Translations under genes and position numbers: made by a program
The notes under the pieces: generated by a model
The model's input: the letters and a program-made list of their open reading frames with translations, nothing else
Databases searched by the model: none
What the model was told of the DNA's origin: nothing
Part shown: positions 15,446-29,300 of the stretch, in pieces
Position numbering within the stretch: position 1 is the stretch's first letter
How the letters are laid out: every line of letters starts with the position of its first letter
Assembly (NCBI GenBank): GCA_012295275.1
Contig: CM022676.1
Span: forward strand, 3,410,001 to 3,474,000
Origin: Chrysomallon squamiferum
Lineage: Eukaryota > Animalia > Mollusca
Direction: 5' to 3'
DNA length: 64,000 nucleotides

Positions 15446-15464
15446 ATACCACGAGAGGGCGCTA
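15446..15464 (+). promoter_or_regulatory. CTCF-like motif immediately upstream of PEX19 start codon
   Basis: ATACCACGAGAGGGCGCTA vs consensus TGGCCACCAGGGGGCGCTA. Confidence 0.5.
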
Positions 15465-15471
15465 AACTGTC

Positions 15472-15598
15472 ATGGCCGACGATGATACAACCGCAGATGA
15501 GAAACAAACGATAACAGTTCGTCCCGAAACGGAATTTAAGGATCCGGTTGTGAGAGAGGATAAAGCAGAAGATGTAGAACTGAATGAATTACTAGACA
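15472..15598 (+). CDS. PEX19: PEX19 coding exon 1
   Basis: gtcATGG start; MADDDTTADEK...EDVELNELLD(S); donor A|GTGGGT. Confidence 0.88.
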
Positions 15599-18500
15599 GT
15601 GGGTTTGGATAATACGTCACAATGTTTGCTTAATTCGATGTTTTTTATTTCGTCATAATGACTCTAAACTTACGACTGATCAAACTTCAAAGTTCAGTTT
15701 TGAAAGTGATGACTTTATGTATAGAAACGTGTTACGGAATAGCTTTGTATATATAAAACTAATATGTACAAATATTATATTATCAGGACATTGAAATCAT
15801 AGGAATAGTAAATAATCAATGCCGTGACTAAACTAATTGTTAAAGTTAAAAGTTATATTGAAAATAAGTATTAATAATGTTTGATTAAAAAAAAAAAAAA
15901 AAATAAATAAAAGCGTACAGTTTAAACTCTAAATTTAAACGACAAAAGTATTTATTGTTATCGGATATCTTAACTATGGATAAACTATGTTTAATACAAA
16001 ATGTTATTGTTATTTATAAAATGTCTGTCACTCATATGATATAGCAGGTCAACCTAGACATTTCAAAATCAGACTAATACATATATATGTGATGACCCAG
16101 ATATATTAGTTGGTTAAGTTCCATATGTTTTACAAATAATTTTGTGTAAAATATTTAGTAATTGGTTTCATTAGGTGCTTTAGAAGACTTTGGAAAGTCA
16201 GATGTAGCCACATGTAACCCAGCCCAGACACAGACTAGTGAAAAGAGTATAGGAAATGATGCTGCTGCTGATGATGCTGCACGTTCAAGTTCAAACCAGA
16301 CAGTCTGTTGATGTTTTGTGATATAAAATACATTTATAAATTACCTAAATGTTTTTAATTACATCTTATTTTTAGTTGCTTCTTTATTCATATAAAATTA
16401 TTTATAAATCATTTAAATACATCTGTTTGCTTCACCTTTTAATTTATTAATCTTTATTAATGTTTTATTATTCATAAAGTTTATCAATTAATTGATTAAA
16501 TAGGTCTCTTTACTTCTCAGTGTGTTGTTTAGTTTATTAAGGTAACTGTCTTAAATGATCTTTGTTAATGTTACATTATTGATGTAATTTATTTATAAAT
16601 TGCTTAAATAAGTCTGTTCCCTTGATATTTAATCAGTGTAATGTAACCATCATTGTGGTTTGTTATTATTAAAATATGGTGATAAAATAATGAACTTATG
16701 AAAATGTATTGAAATGAAATTTTATTATTAATTTTTTTTCCATGATGTGTTTTTGTACATGTATAGAAATTTAATTTAAAAAAATATAAAATTTTAATAG
16801 CGGTCATTATCACTGTAGTGGTAGTAGAATTATCTTTTGGTTGTTAGTAGTAGTAGTAGTAGTAGTCATAATTGTAGTTGTAGTAGTAGCTGCAGTAATA
16901 CTATCTGTTGTGTTGTAGTAGATTACGGAATTTAAAATATTTCAGGAGTCAGCAGATGCCATTGGACTTGGAGAAGATGACTTTTCGGAAGAGATGTCAG
17001 AGCAGATGGCGAAACAGTTTGAGGATGCGATGAAGTCGTTCATGGCACAGGACCCAGCATTGATGCAGCAGTTTCAGAAGTTGTCATCATCGGCAGCACA
17101 CGCTGGTTAGTATGTTAGAGGTGTTTGACCTTTAACCCTTTGACTTGAAGCAGTTTAAAACTGAGAGTTCAACAGTTTTAATCACAGTGTGTTGTTGTTG
17201 TTAGCATTTTCTTATTAATAGCATCACGCTCGTTAGACGTTTTAACATAAAGTCAGTTTCATATATAAGAGAAGAGATTTTAAAATTTGGAAAAAACATT
17301 TAAATCCCAAGAGTCCCAGATCAGGTTGATTTTGAAAGTGTCAGCTCAAAATCAGGATTTTGCAAGTGAATAGTTAAAATATATCAGCATGTTATAATAG
17401 AAGGTTTTTATTGTTGTCATACTTCTTTTCATTTTTGGACAATTTTTAAAAAGGTTTTCTTGCAAAATGGTAAACGACAAATGAACATTTTGTATGATAA
17501 AAGTTTTCATTGCTTGTTTTTCTTGTATATTTTTTTATCAATAGAGTTATTTAGTGCATCTGACAATATCAGAAGATTCTGTAGGAAATTTGCCAAGACT
17601 TAGACAGAAAGAGAAGACAGTTCACTAAAAAGCAATCGATTGAGAAAACCAGTGTTAAAGTTTCACAATATTACTGTCTGATTTTCTTTTTGATCAGAGC
17701 TGATGTTTTCTGTGTTTCAGACATTTTATTTATGCCAATTTCTGTTAAATAACAGCGAAACAGATGATCATATTTCAAAATCATGGCAACAGATAAACAA
17801 GCGTGGGTGTGCAGTCATGTGATATATTTCAGCCAATGGTTGGTGCTTATTCAACATTTTCTCGGCTGACATAGTTTTCCGATGGCTGAATATTTCTATA
17901 CAATCACCCAGTGTGAAAATATATAAAAACTAAATAAAATTTTTTTTACTTAAAATTTAAAAGATTTAAATCATTTTAAATATTTAGTCTATGTAGCTAG
18001 GTCAAACAGAATATTAATCTTGAAACGTGCAGTTTCTATACCTAAAATTCTAAACATTTGAATTATTTTCTTTAATTTTTACATTCTTTTGTGAAAAAAA
18101 AAAAAAAAACATTTAAACACATCCAACCTTTATTTATACATTAGAAAATTCAGAGGAAAAAAAAAATTAACCTTTACCCATTGGACAGCTTTTTTTCCCT
18201 TTCAGTTTACGTCCAATTTCTGTACTGATATGGAGTTAATAACATTTATATATCTAAGCCATATAGTACATATTTTATTATATGTGATTATCAGATATCT
18301 TTAAATATCAGACAAGAGTATCCTTGTGAAAAATAAGAATATTTGAAAAATATTCATGGACATTAGCATAGACTACTTCCTAACCTGTTTTCATCATTAG
18401 AAGTATGCTTGTAACAAATTCTCATAATCAAAATAACAGTTATTCATCCATTTGAAATGTGTTTTAATGTACTGAATGTTCACTGTATGCCTGTCATGGA

Positions 18501-21500
18501 GAAACATTCATGGAGTTAGTGTGTTGTGTGTTCAAAACAGTTTTACTGTTAGTATTTTTCAGAAATAAGAGATTGTGTGAAAAAGATAATTAGTTCTATA
18601 TGTGTTATTACGGTGTTTATAGCAACCGTTGTTGAGATTCAATCCTAAATCCTGCCAGTTTTCAAGTGCGAAGGTTTAATCACTACACAAGCAAGTGTGC
18701 ACTGAAAGTGTTTATCAAAGTGGAGACAACTCACAATATTTTGCATTCCTTGAAAATATATGTTTACTTGTTTAGCTGAAGAAATATGTTTATTATAAAT
18801 TTTGTTATCAAATTAATGATAAAAACATTTCAATATCAAAAATAAGTGTTATAGTTTAGTTTGAAAACAAGAATTTTCATTAACAGATCTGTTAGAACAA
18901 TGCTTTCATTTCTGCAGAGAAAACGTATATATTCCTATATTTAACACTCAGCTCATAAAAACATGTTTTAAAAAGTTATTCTTACAGTCTAGATGTATTT
19001 ATATAGTTAATCCACCCCCCAAAGAAACAACAACAAACAAATGTATCTACTTTTTCTAATTGATACATTTCTTAAAATAAATGTTCTTTGATTAAGAGAG
19101 CTTTCTATCAAAGTGGAGATAACTCATCTCTATAGAATGTTTGTATTGTGCCCTTTTCATGCAAAAATTGTTAGTAATACAAATTATCAAAATTTATTAT
19201 TATTATTATTATTATTGCTTTTTTTCTTCTTCCCATTCTTCTTCTTACTGTTATTATTATTATTATTATTATGATTATTATTATTATTCTTGTTGTTATT
19301 ATAAACATTGTTATTGTTGTTATTATTATTATTATTATTATTATTGTTATTTTTATTATTTTTATTATTCCTGCTGATGGTTGTTATTGCATTATGCTTG
19401 TTGTTAATATTACTATTGTTTTTATTATAATCATTGTTGTTATTATTATTACTATTATTATTGTTACTGTTATTGTTATTGTTATTGTTATTGTTATAAC
19501 AGGGGACTCGGAAGCTGCACAGAAGGAGTTCACAGAGACTCTCACACAGACTTTGTCAGGTTTACAGGAAAACGCTGAGGGTTTGCAAGTAAGTTTACAC
19601 ACTTTTACCTTTTACTGGTGTACAAATTAGAAAAAATAATTTAACAACAATTACACCCTTCTAGAGATGTACACAAAGTTTTTACACTATAAGCAGACTG
19701 ACAGACACACTTACTTTTTACCTCATGTACACATTAGAAAAATAATTTAGAGCCTTCTGTAGATGTTCACAAAGTTTATATTCATAAACAGACTGACAGA
19801 GATACAGACACGATTACTTTTTATATTTTACTCGTGTACAAAATAGAAAAATAATTTGGAGCCTTCTGTAGATGACCACAAAGTTTATATATATAAACAG
19901 AGAGACAGACACATTTACTTTTTATCTTTTATCTCATATAAGAATTAGAAATAAAATTTAACAACACTGAGAACAGTCTATTATACTGAGTAAACAGACA
20001 AACAGACACATTTCCTTTTACCTTTTATCTCATGTACAAAATCAAATTTAACAACAGTTAAATCAGTATGTAAGCTTACACAAATTTTACACACTGTAAA
20101 CATCTAGACAGACAAATTTAATTTTTACTGTTTACTTCGTGTATAAATAAGAATTAATATTTAGAGCACTTTACAGATATACACTGTAAAAAGTCAGACA
20201 TTTAATTTTTGCCTTGTACCTTGTGTATGAGTTAGAAAAAGACTTCAACAGTATTCAGAGCAGTGTACAGACACACACAAAGATTTAACAGACACTTGTA
20301 CCTTATCTATGAATTAGAAATAAAATTTAACAACAGTTACAGACACAATAATCAGACAAACATACAGACACTCTTCTTTAACTTTTCCTTTTTTTAACCT
20401 TCTGCCTTTTGTATACATAAAAACTGTAAATTGTAAATTTCCATCCGACATTTTTTTTAACAGATTATTTTGTCTTTTTTTAATATTATTTTTTAATTAT
20501 TTTTTAACCACAGAGTGAGGTGTGTGAGGAGGATTTGTCTCAGGCGTTCTACAACATGGGGCTGGACGGTCAGGCTGAGGGAGAGTTCTTCCCGATGATG
20601 CAGGGAATGATGAAGATGCTGTTGTCTAAAGATGTCCTCTATCCATCACTGAAAGAAATCTCTGACAAGGTAAGTAACGACATCGATGTTTAAGTCATTT
20701 ATCAAGTCATGAAAAGTCAAAGAGATATCTGTCTACCTATTTATTTATAAGTAGAGAGAGAGACCAAGAGGTCTAAGGTGTGTGCTCAATACTAAAATAA
20801 ATCTATAATAATCATTCTTGGCATATTTTTTTTACAACTGTGTGTGACCATCAAAGATATTTTTATAGACTTTTGAAAGAAATTTGTGAGAAAATAGATA
20901 ACTAGCTTCTTCATCAACAGCAGTGGTCATCAAAATAGCCGATGTTGACCTCTTGAAGGTCACTGGGACTATCAAAAGGGCTAATAAATGTTTACGGGTC
21001 AAAGGTGCAACTAGTAACAGAAATAAGAATTAAAGTAACCAAACACAAATAAAAAATCAGCCTTTTCAACTATCAGTAGTGAAGAAAAAGGGTAAAGAAA
21101 TTATTACCTTTAAATAGAGAAATTTATTTATTTATTTATTTATTTATTTAATTTGTTCAGAGTTGATTAAGAAATGAGGTATTTTGTGAAGAGTCCACCG
21201 AGTCACAATCTACGATATCGCTATTTAGAAAATCATTATTATATTACTACGCATATTTCTAAATAACAGAAAATAAAATTGTAATATATCTGGCATTCTG
21301 CTTTACATTTTTGTTTTGTTCACAGTATCCAAAATGGTTGTCTGAAAACAAAGAGAGAACAAAGCAAGAAGAATACGATAACTACACGAAGCAACACAAA
21401 ATCATCCAGTCTATATGTACAGAGTTCGAGTCGGAACGGGAAACTGACTCAGAGGAAACGAAACACCACAGATTTGATAGACTGATGGACTTAATGCAGC

Positions 21501-21655
21501 AGGTATCTTTTGTTTTATTTTTATTACAATTTTTTAGTTTTTAAATAACGTTATTGCAGGATTCTATGAAAATAATGGAGTGATGCAGAAAGGAATTATT
21601 TGGTTTTGTTACAGTTTTTTATTTTTTTAAAACAAGCTATTGTAGGACTCTACAA

Positions 21656-21700
<45 letters not shown>

Positions 21701-22787
21701 TGTAGGTTAATAAAGTGTATTTTAATTTATGTGGCTTTAGTGTTTCATGTAAATGTGTATTTAACATGGTTTCTATGGGTTTTTTTGAAATAATATTTAA
21801 TACATTACTTTAAAATGCTTTCTTATTGTTATCAGAAACACTTAACAGTAGAAAATCAGACTTATATAAAAACTGGAATTAGTAGCAGTCTTGGATTCAG
21901 AATTCAAACATAACAAGGACATTATGGTTCATTCAGTCTGCTGTGCAGTACAGGGGGAGACAATCTGTAATGGAATTTGTTAAAGCAAAATCTACAAAGA
22001 CTGAGTGTGGCTGGAAACTAAAACATTTTCATTTTGGTGTAACGCAGTATTTTTTTTTTTTTTTTTTATAACTTAAAAAAATTCAGTGAGGACAATATAC
22101 ACACATTATATACTCATAAAATATTCTGGAAATTTGTTATTGTTTTTTTGTTTTTTTCAGTTGAAACAATGTGATTAAATAACGTTAGTGTTTTATTTTA
22201 CAATCTGTTTTACATTTTTCTTTAGATGCAAGAATTAGGACAACCACCCAAGGACATTGTTGGTGAAATGGTGAGTAGCAAAAACAACAACCACAACACC
22301 ACCATCATCATCACCAACAACAATAATAATAATTTAAATAAAAACAAAAACAACAACAGTAATAACAACAACAAGAAGAAGAATAACAATAATGGTAATG
22401 AAAACAACGAGTTTTGTTTCAAGTAACACAGAAATGAATGCATTATATTATTAATGCAAATAAATCTGTCTTGCATTTTTTTTCTATTAATGCTAATCAA
22501 AATATTAATTGATATGAAAAATGTGTGACAGTATTACTTAAATAATCCTCATCTTGTTTTGGTCTAACTTGAAGTATATTTATTTTAATAATTTACAGTG
22601 CATGGAATTAAATACATGTGTTAAATACAAGGGTTTAATTAGGTTATTATTTATTTTTTTGGTAATTAATATTTTTATTTTTTTTTCTGTATTTGTATTG
22701 TAGGCTCCAGGGTTAGATTTTGATGAGAATGGAATGCCAAAAATGCCAGGATTACCAACAGCATCGGAGCAGTGTGCTATCATGTGA
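15472..22787 (+). CDS. PEX19: Peroxisomal biogenesis factor 19 (spliced gene, 8 coding exons, 963 nt incl. stop, 320 aa)
   Basis: Manually joined exons 15472-15598, 16175-16302, 16946-17105, 19503-19588, 20514-20669, 21326-21502, 22226-22270, 22704-22787; all introns GT-AG, phases consistent. Protein has the N-terminal PEX3-binding motif ELNELLDSALEDF, the core LLSKDVLYPSLKEISDKYPKWL, MQELGQPP and C-terminal farnesylation CaaX box CAIM*. Confidence 0.96.
16024..16122 (+). repeat. Dispersed ~100-nt duplication, compact copy in PEX19 intron 1
   Basis: homologous to 12936-13118. Confidence 0.88.
16175..16302 (+). CDS. PEX19: PEX19 coding exon 2
   Basis: acceptor ttcattAG; (S)ALEDFGKSD...SSSNQT; weak donor GTCTGT chosen because it is in phase with exon 3 and precedes an in-frame TGA. 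Confidence 0.8.
16946..17105 (+). CDS. PEX19: PEX19 coding exon 3
   Basis: acceptor tttcAG; ESADAIG...AKQFEDAMKSFMAQDPALMQQFQKLS...; donor G|GTTAGT. Confidence 0.9.
19195..19498. repeat. (TTA/TTG)n imperfect trinucleotide tract abutting PEX19 exon-4 acceptor
   Basis: visible repeat ending 2-4 nt before the AG. Confidence 0.9.
19503..19588 (+). CDS. PEX19: PEX19 coding exon 4
   Basis: acceptor taacAG; (G)DSEAAQKEFTETLTQTLSGLQENAEGLQ; donor GTAAGT. Confidence 0.92.
19595..20400. repeat. Degenerate ~100-120-nt tandem repeat filling PEX19 intron 4
   Basis: recurrent CAGACAC..TTTTTAC..TGTACA..ATTAGAAAAATAATTT..TTCTGTAGATG..CACAAAGTTT, about 7-8 copies. Confidence 0.8.
20514..20669 (+). CDS. PEX19: PEX19 coding exon 5
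   Basis: acceptor ccacAG; ...FFPMMQGMMKMLLSKDVLYPSLKEISDK; donor AAG|GTAAGT. Confidence 0.95.
21326..21502 (+). CDS. PEX19: PEX19 coding exon 6
   Basis: acceptor tcacAG; YPKWLSENK...RFDRLMDLMQQ; donor CAG|GTATCT. Confidence 0.95.
22226..22270 (+). CDS. PEX19: PEX19 coding exon 7
   Basis: acceptor ctttAG; MQELGQPPKDIVGEM; donor GTGAGT. Confidence 0.94.
22704..22787 (+). CDS. PEX19: PEX19 coding exon 8 (terminal, CaaX)
   Basis: acceptor ttgtAG; APGLDFDENGMPKMPGLPTASEQCAIM-TGA. Confidence 0.94.
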   Translation, partial: APGLDFDENGMPKMPGLPTASEQCAIM

Positions 22788-25080
22788 TCTGTCAATCTTG
22801 TGTGCAACATCGTGGCTGTCTTCGTGTTTTGCATCATCTCATCTTGCATCGTTTGGCATTAGCGTCATCTTAAAATATTTGTTTTCTTATTTTTATTTTT
22901 ATTTAAATTAAGTTTATCTGTGTGAGTGTGTGTTTGTTAACTGTTTTTTTATTTGTGTGTAAGAGTATGTTAGTGAATTTTTTATTATTTGTATGTAAGT
23001 GTGTGTGTGTGTTTATGTGTGTTTGTGTCTGTTCTGGTATTTGAAGAGGCTTATTTGCATTTATAAAGATGATTTGTTTTTATTTAATTTATTTTTTTTT
23101 TTTTTTCTTGGGGCATGTAGGTACACTTGAATAAAATTTTATTAAATCATTCAGTTATTAAATTAAACTAGTACCAGACAAGTGTACATTCTGTGAATGC
23201 TTCTGCATAGAACTACAAATAAATAATAAAAATACATAAATAATGGTTATGTATATTTTTTTTTGGTTGTATTTAATTGATATTTGCTTTAATTAAAATA
23301 TGTCAGATTTCCTGTGAGACATTCTTGTTACACTGATTTGTTGTATACTTATGCAGAACAGCACCTACCTTACAGTTTTTGATGTTTGTTATGATGAATA
23401 GTAAATTCAGAGTTTGCTTTTGTTTTTTAATTTAATTTTTTTATTTAATTTTTTCTTATTGTTTTCTGCATTCCATTGTTTTCTTTGTAGATGTTAGAAT
23501 TTCAGTTATGCCTTAAGTAATCAGAATTTTAAATATTATTTTTATTATATGTTATGTTTGTGTATTGTATTATTATTTTAATTTTCTTTTAAGAAACAAA
23601 TCTGTTACAGTAAAAACGTTTCTTTGCCAATTTGTAAACAACAGTAATTTTAACATTGGTTTTTGGTTCACTTTTTATAATTATAACTTTGTAAAAGTTC
23701 TGTAAGCATTAATCACAATTCAAATTAAAAAAAAAAAGAAAAAAGAAGAAAAAGTGGGTTGAACGATAATAGGAACGAAAATGATGAGGGGGAAAAAAAA
23801 GAAAAGTAAAAAAAAAAAGAATTGATAATTTCTGGGACGCTGCATTTAAATTTCAAATTGTTATCACAAAGTTAATGGAAACATCAGAATGATTTTTGTT
23901 TTTTCTATTAAAAAATTTTAAAATAAAATGTTGTTAAGGGCAAATGTAATGGTGAAAGGGATAACAGAATTTCAGTTTAAAAGTTTTTTTTTTTTTTAAA
24001 GTTTCATCTAGTGATAACGTAGCAATAGAATTTTTATTTTGTGATTTTGTTTTATTACTTTGAATTTACAAGTTAGATAATGATTCTGCTGGTATACACA
24101 GATTTTCATTTTAAAATGATTATTATGTTAAAACAGAAAATGTTTTTAAATCTCTCTCAATTACCCTGTTGTTTGGACTGTGGCAGTTAAACCATTTGTG
24201 TTTCTACCCTCTTAATTTCTCTGTAATATTAACTGACAAATAATAATCAAATTAATATTTGTAAATGTATGCAAATTTTTCCTTAGAGTATAAAATACTG
24301 TTTTTGGGTTGTTATTTTCTTACTCTAATTACCATATCCCACTTGAATGTTATTAAACCCCACCGAAGTAATAGACAAAAAAACCTGAAACAATAACATA
24401 ATAAATATATATATAAAAAATAAATAGTTATACATGTTGTAAAATGTAATATTTTTAAGTGTAAGTAAACGCATCATGACTGAATGTATCTGCTACCAGA
24501 AACTGTGCACTGCAACTTTGTAAATTATTTTTGTTATCCTCTTAAAATATTGTGCCCCAGTTAAGTTTTTCAACCCCACCAATGCTGGAGAGAGATTTTC
24601 TGTTACTGTTGTTGTTAAATGATTCTGGTTGAAAGAGAAAATGTTTTTTTTTGTAAATTTTTTGTGTTTTTCTTTTTCAGAAAGTTTTGAAATGGAGTAT
24701 TACATTTTGTTATGTAAAATTGTTGCTCTCTCTCTCTCTCCACACATTGTGATTACAATTTAAGAAAAAAAGTAATAAAAAATTATAAATTATAACAGAT
24801 AATGCTTTTTTGTTAGCAGGAAGAGATCATTTGTATGCACCTTACCACACACTGGACAACACATCTCACAGTCTGTGATGAATAAGTTTCAGGGTGGAGG
24901 AGGGTGCATTGGGAAATTATTTTTTTAATTTATTAGATAATAAAGGAACGAAGATAAGATATCAGAAGATTTATCAGTATTTTTAAAAAACAAAAAACAA
25001 ACGCATTTCATAAAACAAAACATTTACTTCGATCATCAGGACTATTTCTCCACTGTTTTCATCACTTGAGAAATGCACAA

Positions 25081-25125
<45 letters not shown>

Positions 25126-25409
25126 ACTAATCCCTGCATCACCGGTCACAAGATTTAAAAAGAAACAAAAGAAGAAATTTGCTAATTTATAAAGTATTCG
25201 ATGAATCAGTTCCAACTCTTGTATCACAACAATCAAATACTTGATAAAAATGACCAATCATTTCAGATTATATAAAAATGGCTGTCACTTGTATCCAGAT
25301 TTCTAAATGATATGTATAAAAAAAAAAAAAAAAAAAAAAAAAAGATTATTTGTAAATTGTTTTATTAGAATGTTTTTTCAAAAAATTGTTTTGTCCTGGA
25401 TTTTATTTT

Positions 25410-25502
25410 TAAAATTTTATATTTCACTTTCAATTTAACATGTAATATCTAACAAATAGTTGGATATTATGTGTTAAATTGAAAGTGAAATATAAAATTT
25501 TA
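25410..25502. repeat. Inverted repeat, 44-bp arms, 5-nt loop
   Basis: TAAAATTTTATATTTCACTTTCAATTTAACATGTAATATCTAAC-AAATA-GTTGGATATTATGTGTTAAATTGAAAGTGAAATATAAAATTTTA. Confidence 0.95.
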
Positions 25503-26975
25503 TCAAATGAGTTTTAAAAAAATAAAAATTAGTTTTTCTTCTTTTTTTCTGACAAACGATATCTCTTGGCTTTCAGAGTATTATAATACTTTTTATTTAT
25601 TTATTTATTAAATTATTATTGTTATTATTATTATAATTATCATTATTATTATTTTTTTTTTTTCTTTTAATGCGGTATTTATTATAATACTTTTTATTTA
25701 TTTATTTTATTTATTTATTTATTATATTATTGTTGTTCTTGTTGTTTATACGTATCTGTGAGGTATTTATTATAATACTTTTGTTTCTGTGTCTCTTTAT
25801 TTCTTTATTTATTATTGGTCATTTATATAATAAATCAGAATTTAAAAAGAACAATAAAAAAATAAATAAATACAAATATTTTCCCTCCTTGCACCATTTC
25901 ATGAAAGTTCTGTGTTCTGCACTCAAAAGTTTATAAAATAAATTTCTTATAAAACCATTGAAAATTAAATAAATAGCTAAATTCACATACAAATGTTACA
26001 AAATTTTACACAAATAAACTTCCATTAAAAAAAAACATAACACATATAAACTACATAGACAGAAGGACATAACCATAGCGACAAATGATATGAAATGTAC
26101 AGAGTAAGATTTTCTAAAGTTGTAATGGGGTAAAAAATAATAATAAAATAACTAAAAATAAAATATTTAATAGTGTCAAATAATTAAAATTATTATGAGT
26201 AATATTTTTTGAAGTTAAAATTAAAAATAATAATAATAATAATAAATTAAAATAATCACTCCAAAAACAATAAGAAGTCCTAAATGAAAGAACTATTACT
26301 TGAAGAAAAAACAAAAATAATGCACTGAAAAAACTTTCCAAAAATATTTTATATTGTATACATAGTATGATGAAAAAAAAACTTTCCCAAAATTTTTTAT
26401 ATAAACATAACTAATTTCAAGATGTCTAAGTTTTTTATTTTAGTTATTTTCATTGCCTTCATGTAATTATTTTCTTTTAAAATCTTTATTATTTTATCTT
26501 CGTTCTATTTTTTTAATCTATCTATATTTCAAATATACACACTTGTCTCCAAGAATTACATATCTTTTTATCATCACCCATTTTTCATTTTTCTTTAATT
26601 ATGCAATCATTTTTAAACTGTAAAAAACATTTATGCTATGCTAAAAACGAAAGCTGCAAATGTTCTAATTTTACTTACTATAAAGAAATGACTAGATTTA
26701 AACTTGTTTCTACTAGATATTTATTCCCTGGCTTGTCTCAGTGTTTGTCCATGTGTCTGTACTTTCTGTCTTTCTGTAACAGGATTAAAAAAAAATGTAA
26801 CTGGATTTATGTAAGACATTTGTATTTGTAAACCCTGATTTTTTTTTTTTTTTTTTAAATTAATAAAATAATAAATATATCTCAACTGCTAATGAAATTT
26901 ACCATAAAGTTTGGAAAAAAAATAAAAATAATAAAAATAATAATTATAGTGGTAGTAGAAATAGTAGTAGTAGTA

Positions 26976-27023
<48 letters not shown>

Positions 27024-27313
27024 TAATAAAAAATAATAATAAAAATTCCATTGCATAATAATAACAATTTAAAAAAAAATAATAATAAAAAATAAAATTA
27101 ATAACTTAAAAACAAATTATCAGATTAAAAAATAAAATGCATGTAATGAAAAAAAATATTTCATGTTTGTTCAGTTTTCTAATTACTTCACAACGTAAAA
27201 ACTAAAAAATGAACCAATACACTGGACGAATTCTCCTTATTTTCTTATTCGTCTAATGCTATTGGACGAATTGAATTTTTCTCAAACATCATAATATACA
27301 GATACATTTAACT

Positions 27314-27347
<34 letters not shown>

Positions 27348-28500
27348 CATAACACAAACCTACACATAACTAATAATAATAATAATAATATTATACACAA
27401 CATTTATTAATAAAAACAATTATATTTCTCCTTCAAAAATTTGTATTTCACAAACACTGTCTCAATATTTTAATTGCTGATTATGAAAGAAAACAAAAGT
27501 TCAAAAATGGTGACATTTCCATGTAACAAATGTACAATACTTCAGAAAACACACACACACACACGTATGTATGTATGTAACAAAAACAGAAAAACAATAT
27601 TATTCTCTCCATAAAAAATATTTTCTTTTAAAATTGAAAACTGCCTCAAAATTATAAAACTACCTTGTCTAATCCGTATGTCTGTGTTTCTATGTATTAA
27701 TCTGACATTGTATCAGCTTGATCAGTCAGTGCATATGTTGTGCACGACTGTGAGTGTGTGTGTGTGTGTGTGCGTGCATGCATTCGCATGCATGAAAGCA
27801 CATCTCATTACCCATTTGAGAACAGCTGTATTAAAATGCCTGAAATGCATGCACATTATTTTCATGCTCATTTCAAACATGCACAGGCGACTGATTGTCT
27901 TGTGTTATTTCCATATAGTATCTGTCTCTATGTAAGTTTCTGTGTCTCTCTGTGTGTGTGTGTGTGTGTCTGTGTGTGTATATGTGTGTTACAAGCATGT
28001 ACAAAGGGCATCAACAGGTATTTGAGTAGCTATACATCAACAAGGGCAGCTCTAGAAGAAACTGCGATACACGTATACAATTAATTATCACTGTGACTTT
28101 GTCTATTGCTGAACAAATCTGTCAGGAGATTTCTGAAAGAACTGGGAGAAAACTCTTACAGTCTAAAATATTTATACCTCTTCAGAACACACATACATAC
28201 AAACAGACACACATATACACACAAACACACAAACAGACACACATAAATACTTACACAGGTACATACATATATACACACACATACATACATACATACATAC
28301 ATACACATATACAGACAGATAGATGGATAGATAGATCTAGATAGATAGTTAGGTAGATAAATGGACAGATAGGAAATGAATCAATGTATTTATTCAGTGG
28401 ATGAAGTAGACACACACTTTATGTGTTAAATGCAATGCCTTTATTTTTGATTCAGAAAAAAAAAAAAAAAAAAAAAAAAAACGATCAATTAAAATAAATA

Positions 28501-28542
<42 letters not shown>

Positions 28543-28744
28543 GAAATCTGTGTTCTCTTTTTTGAAGTTGTATTTTAACACACTGTCAGATTTGAGATCA
28601 AATGACAACATTTTGATTTTTCTGCGGACTCAGAAAAACTCTACAAGATCTGTACATCAACATGGATTATTCGAAGTCTCAAATATACCTGTACTGATAC
28701 ATTAAAAGTATTAAAAAAAACAATAAAAAAAACTTTATGTTACT

Positions 28745-29300
28745 GGAGTCAAACCTTTACCATTGATAAAGTAAAACTAGAACGTAATTTGTAGCTTTTT
28801 TTCTTGTTAAACATTATCTGCATAAGTAAAAAAAAAAAACATAAATTAATACTGTATTCTTTCTAAATTTTTTTTTTTTTAGCAGAGCCCAACCTTTGCA
28901 AAAGATAAAGTATAATAATAAAGCAATTTGTAGATTTTCAATAATTTTTCTTGTTGAACATTATCTAAGTATAAAGTGCAAATTTTACCAGTGATAAACT
29001 ATGATAAAAAAAAAAAAATATATATATATATTTTTTATATTAATACTATGTTTCATTATATATATATATATATATATATTTTTTATATTAATACTAATGT
29101 TTCATTATATGTATATATATATATAAACAGTATGAATTATTTTTGCATATTTTCTAAATTTTAAATGTTACAGGTCCAAACTTTGCCAATGATAAAGTAT
29201 GACAATGAAGTAATTTTTATATATTTGCAAGAATTATTTTGTAAGAATAAAAAAGTTAAATTAATATTATATGCTTTCTAAATTTTACTTGCCATAGATT
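28745..29300. repeat. Degenerate tandem repeat in the presumptive SIK 3' UTR
   Basis: CAAAC(C)TTT(A/G)CCA..GATAAAGTA...AATTTGTAG...TTCTTGTT(A/G)AACATTATCT recurs near 28750, 28890, 28980, 29177. Confidence 0.65.
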
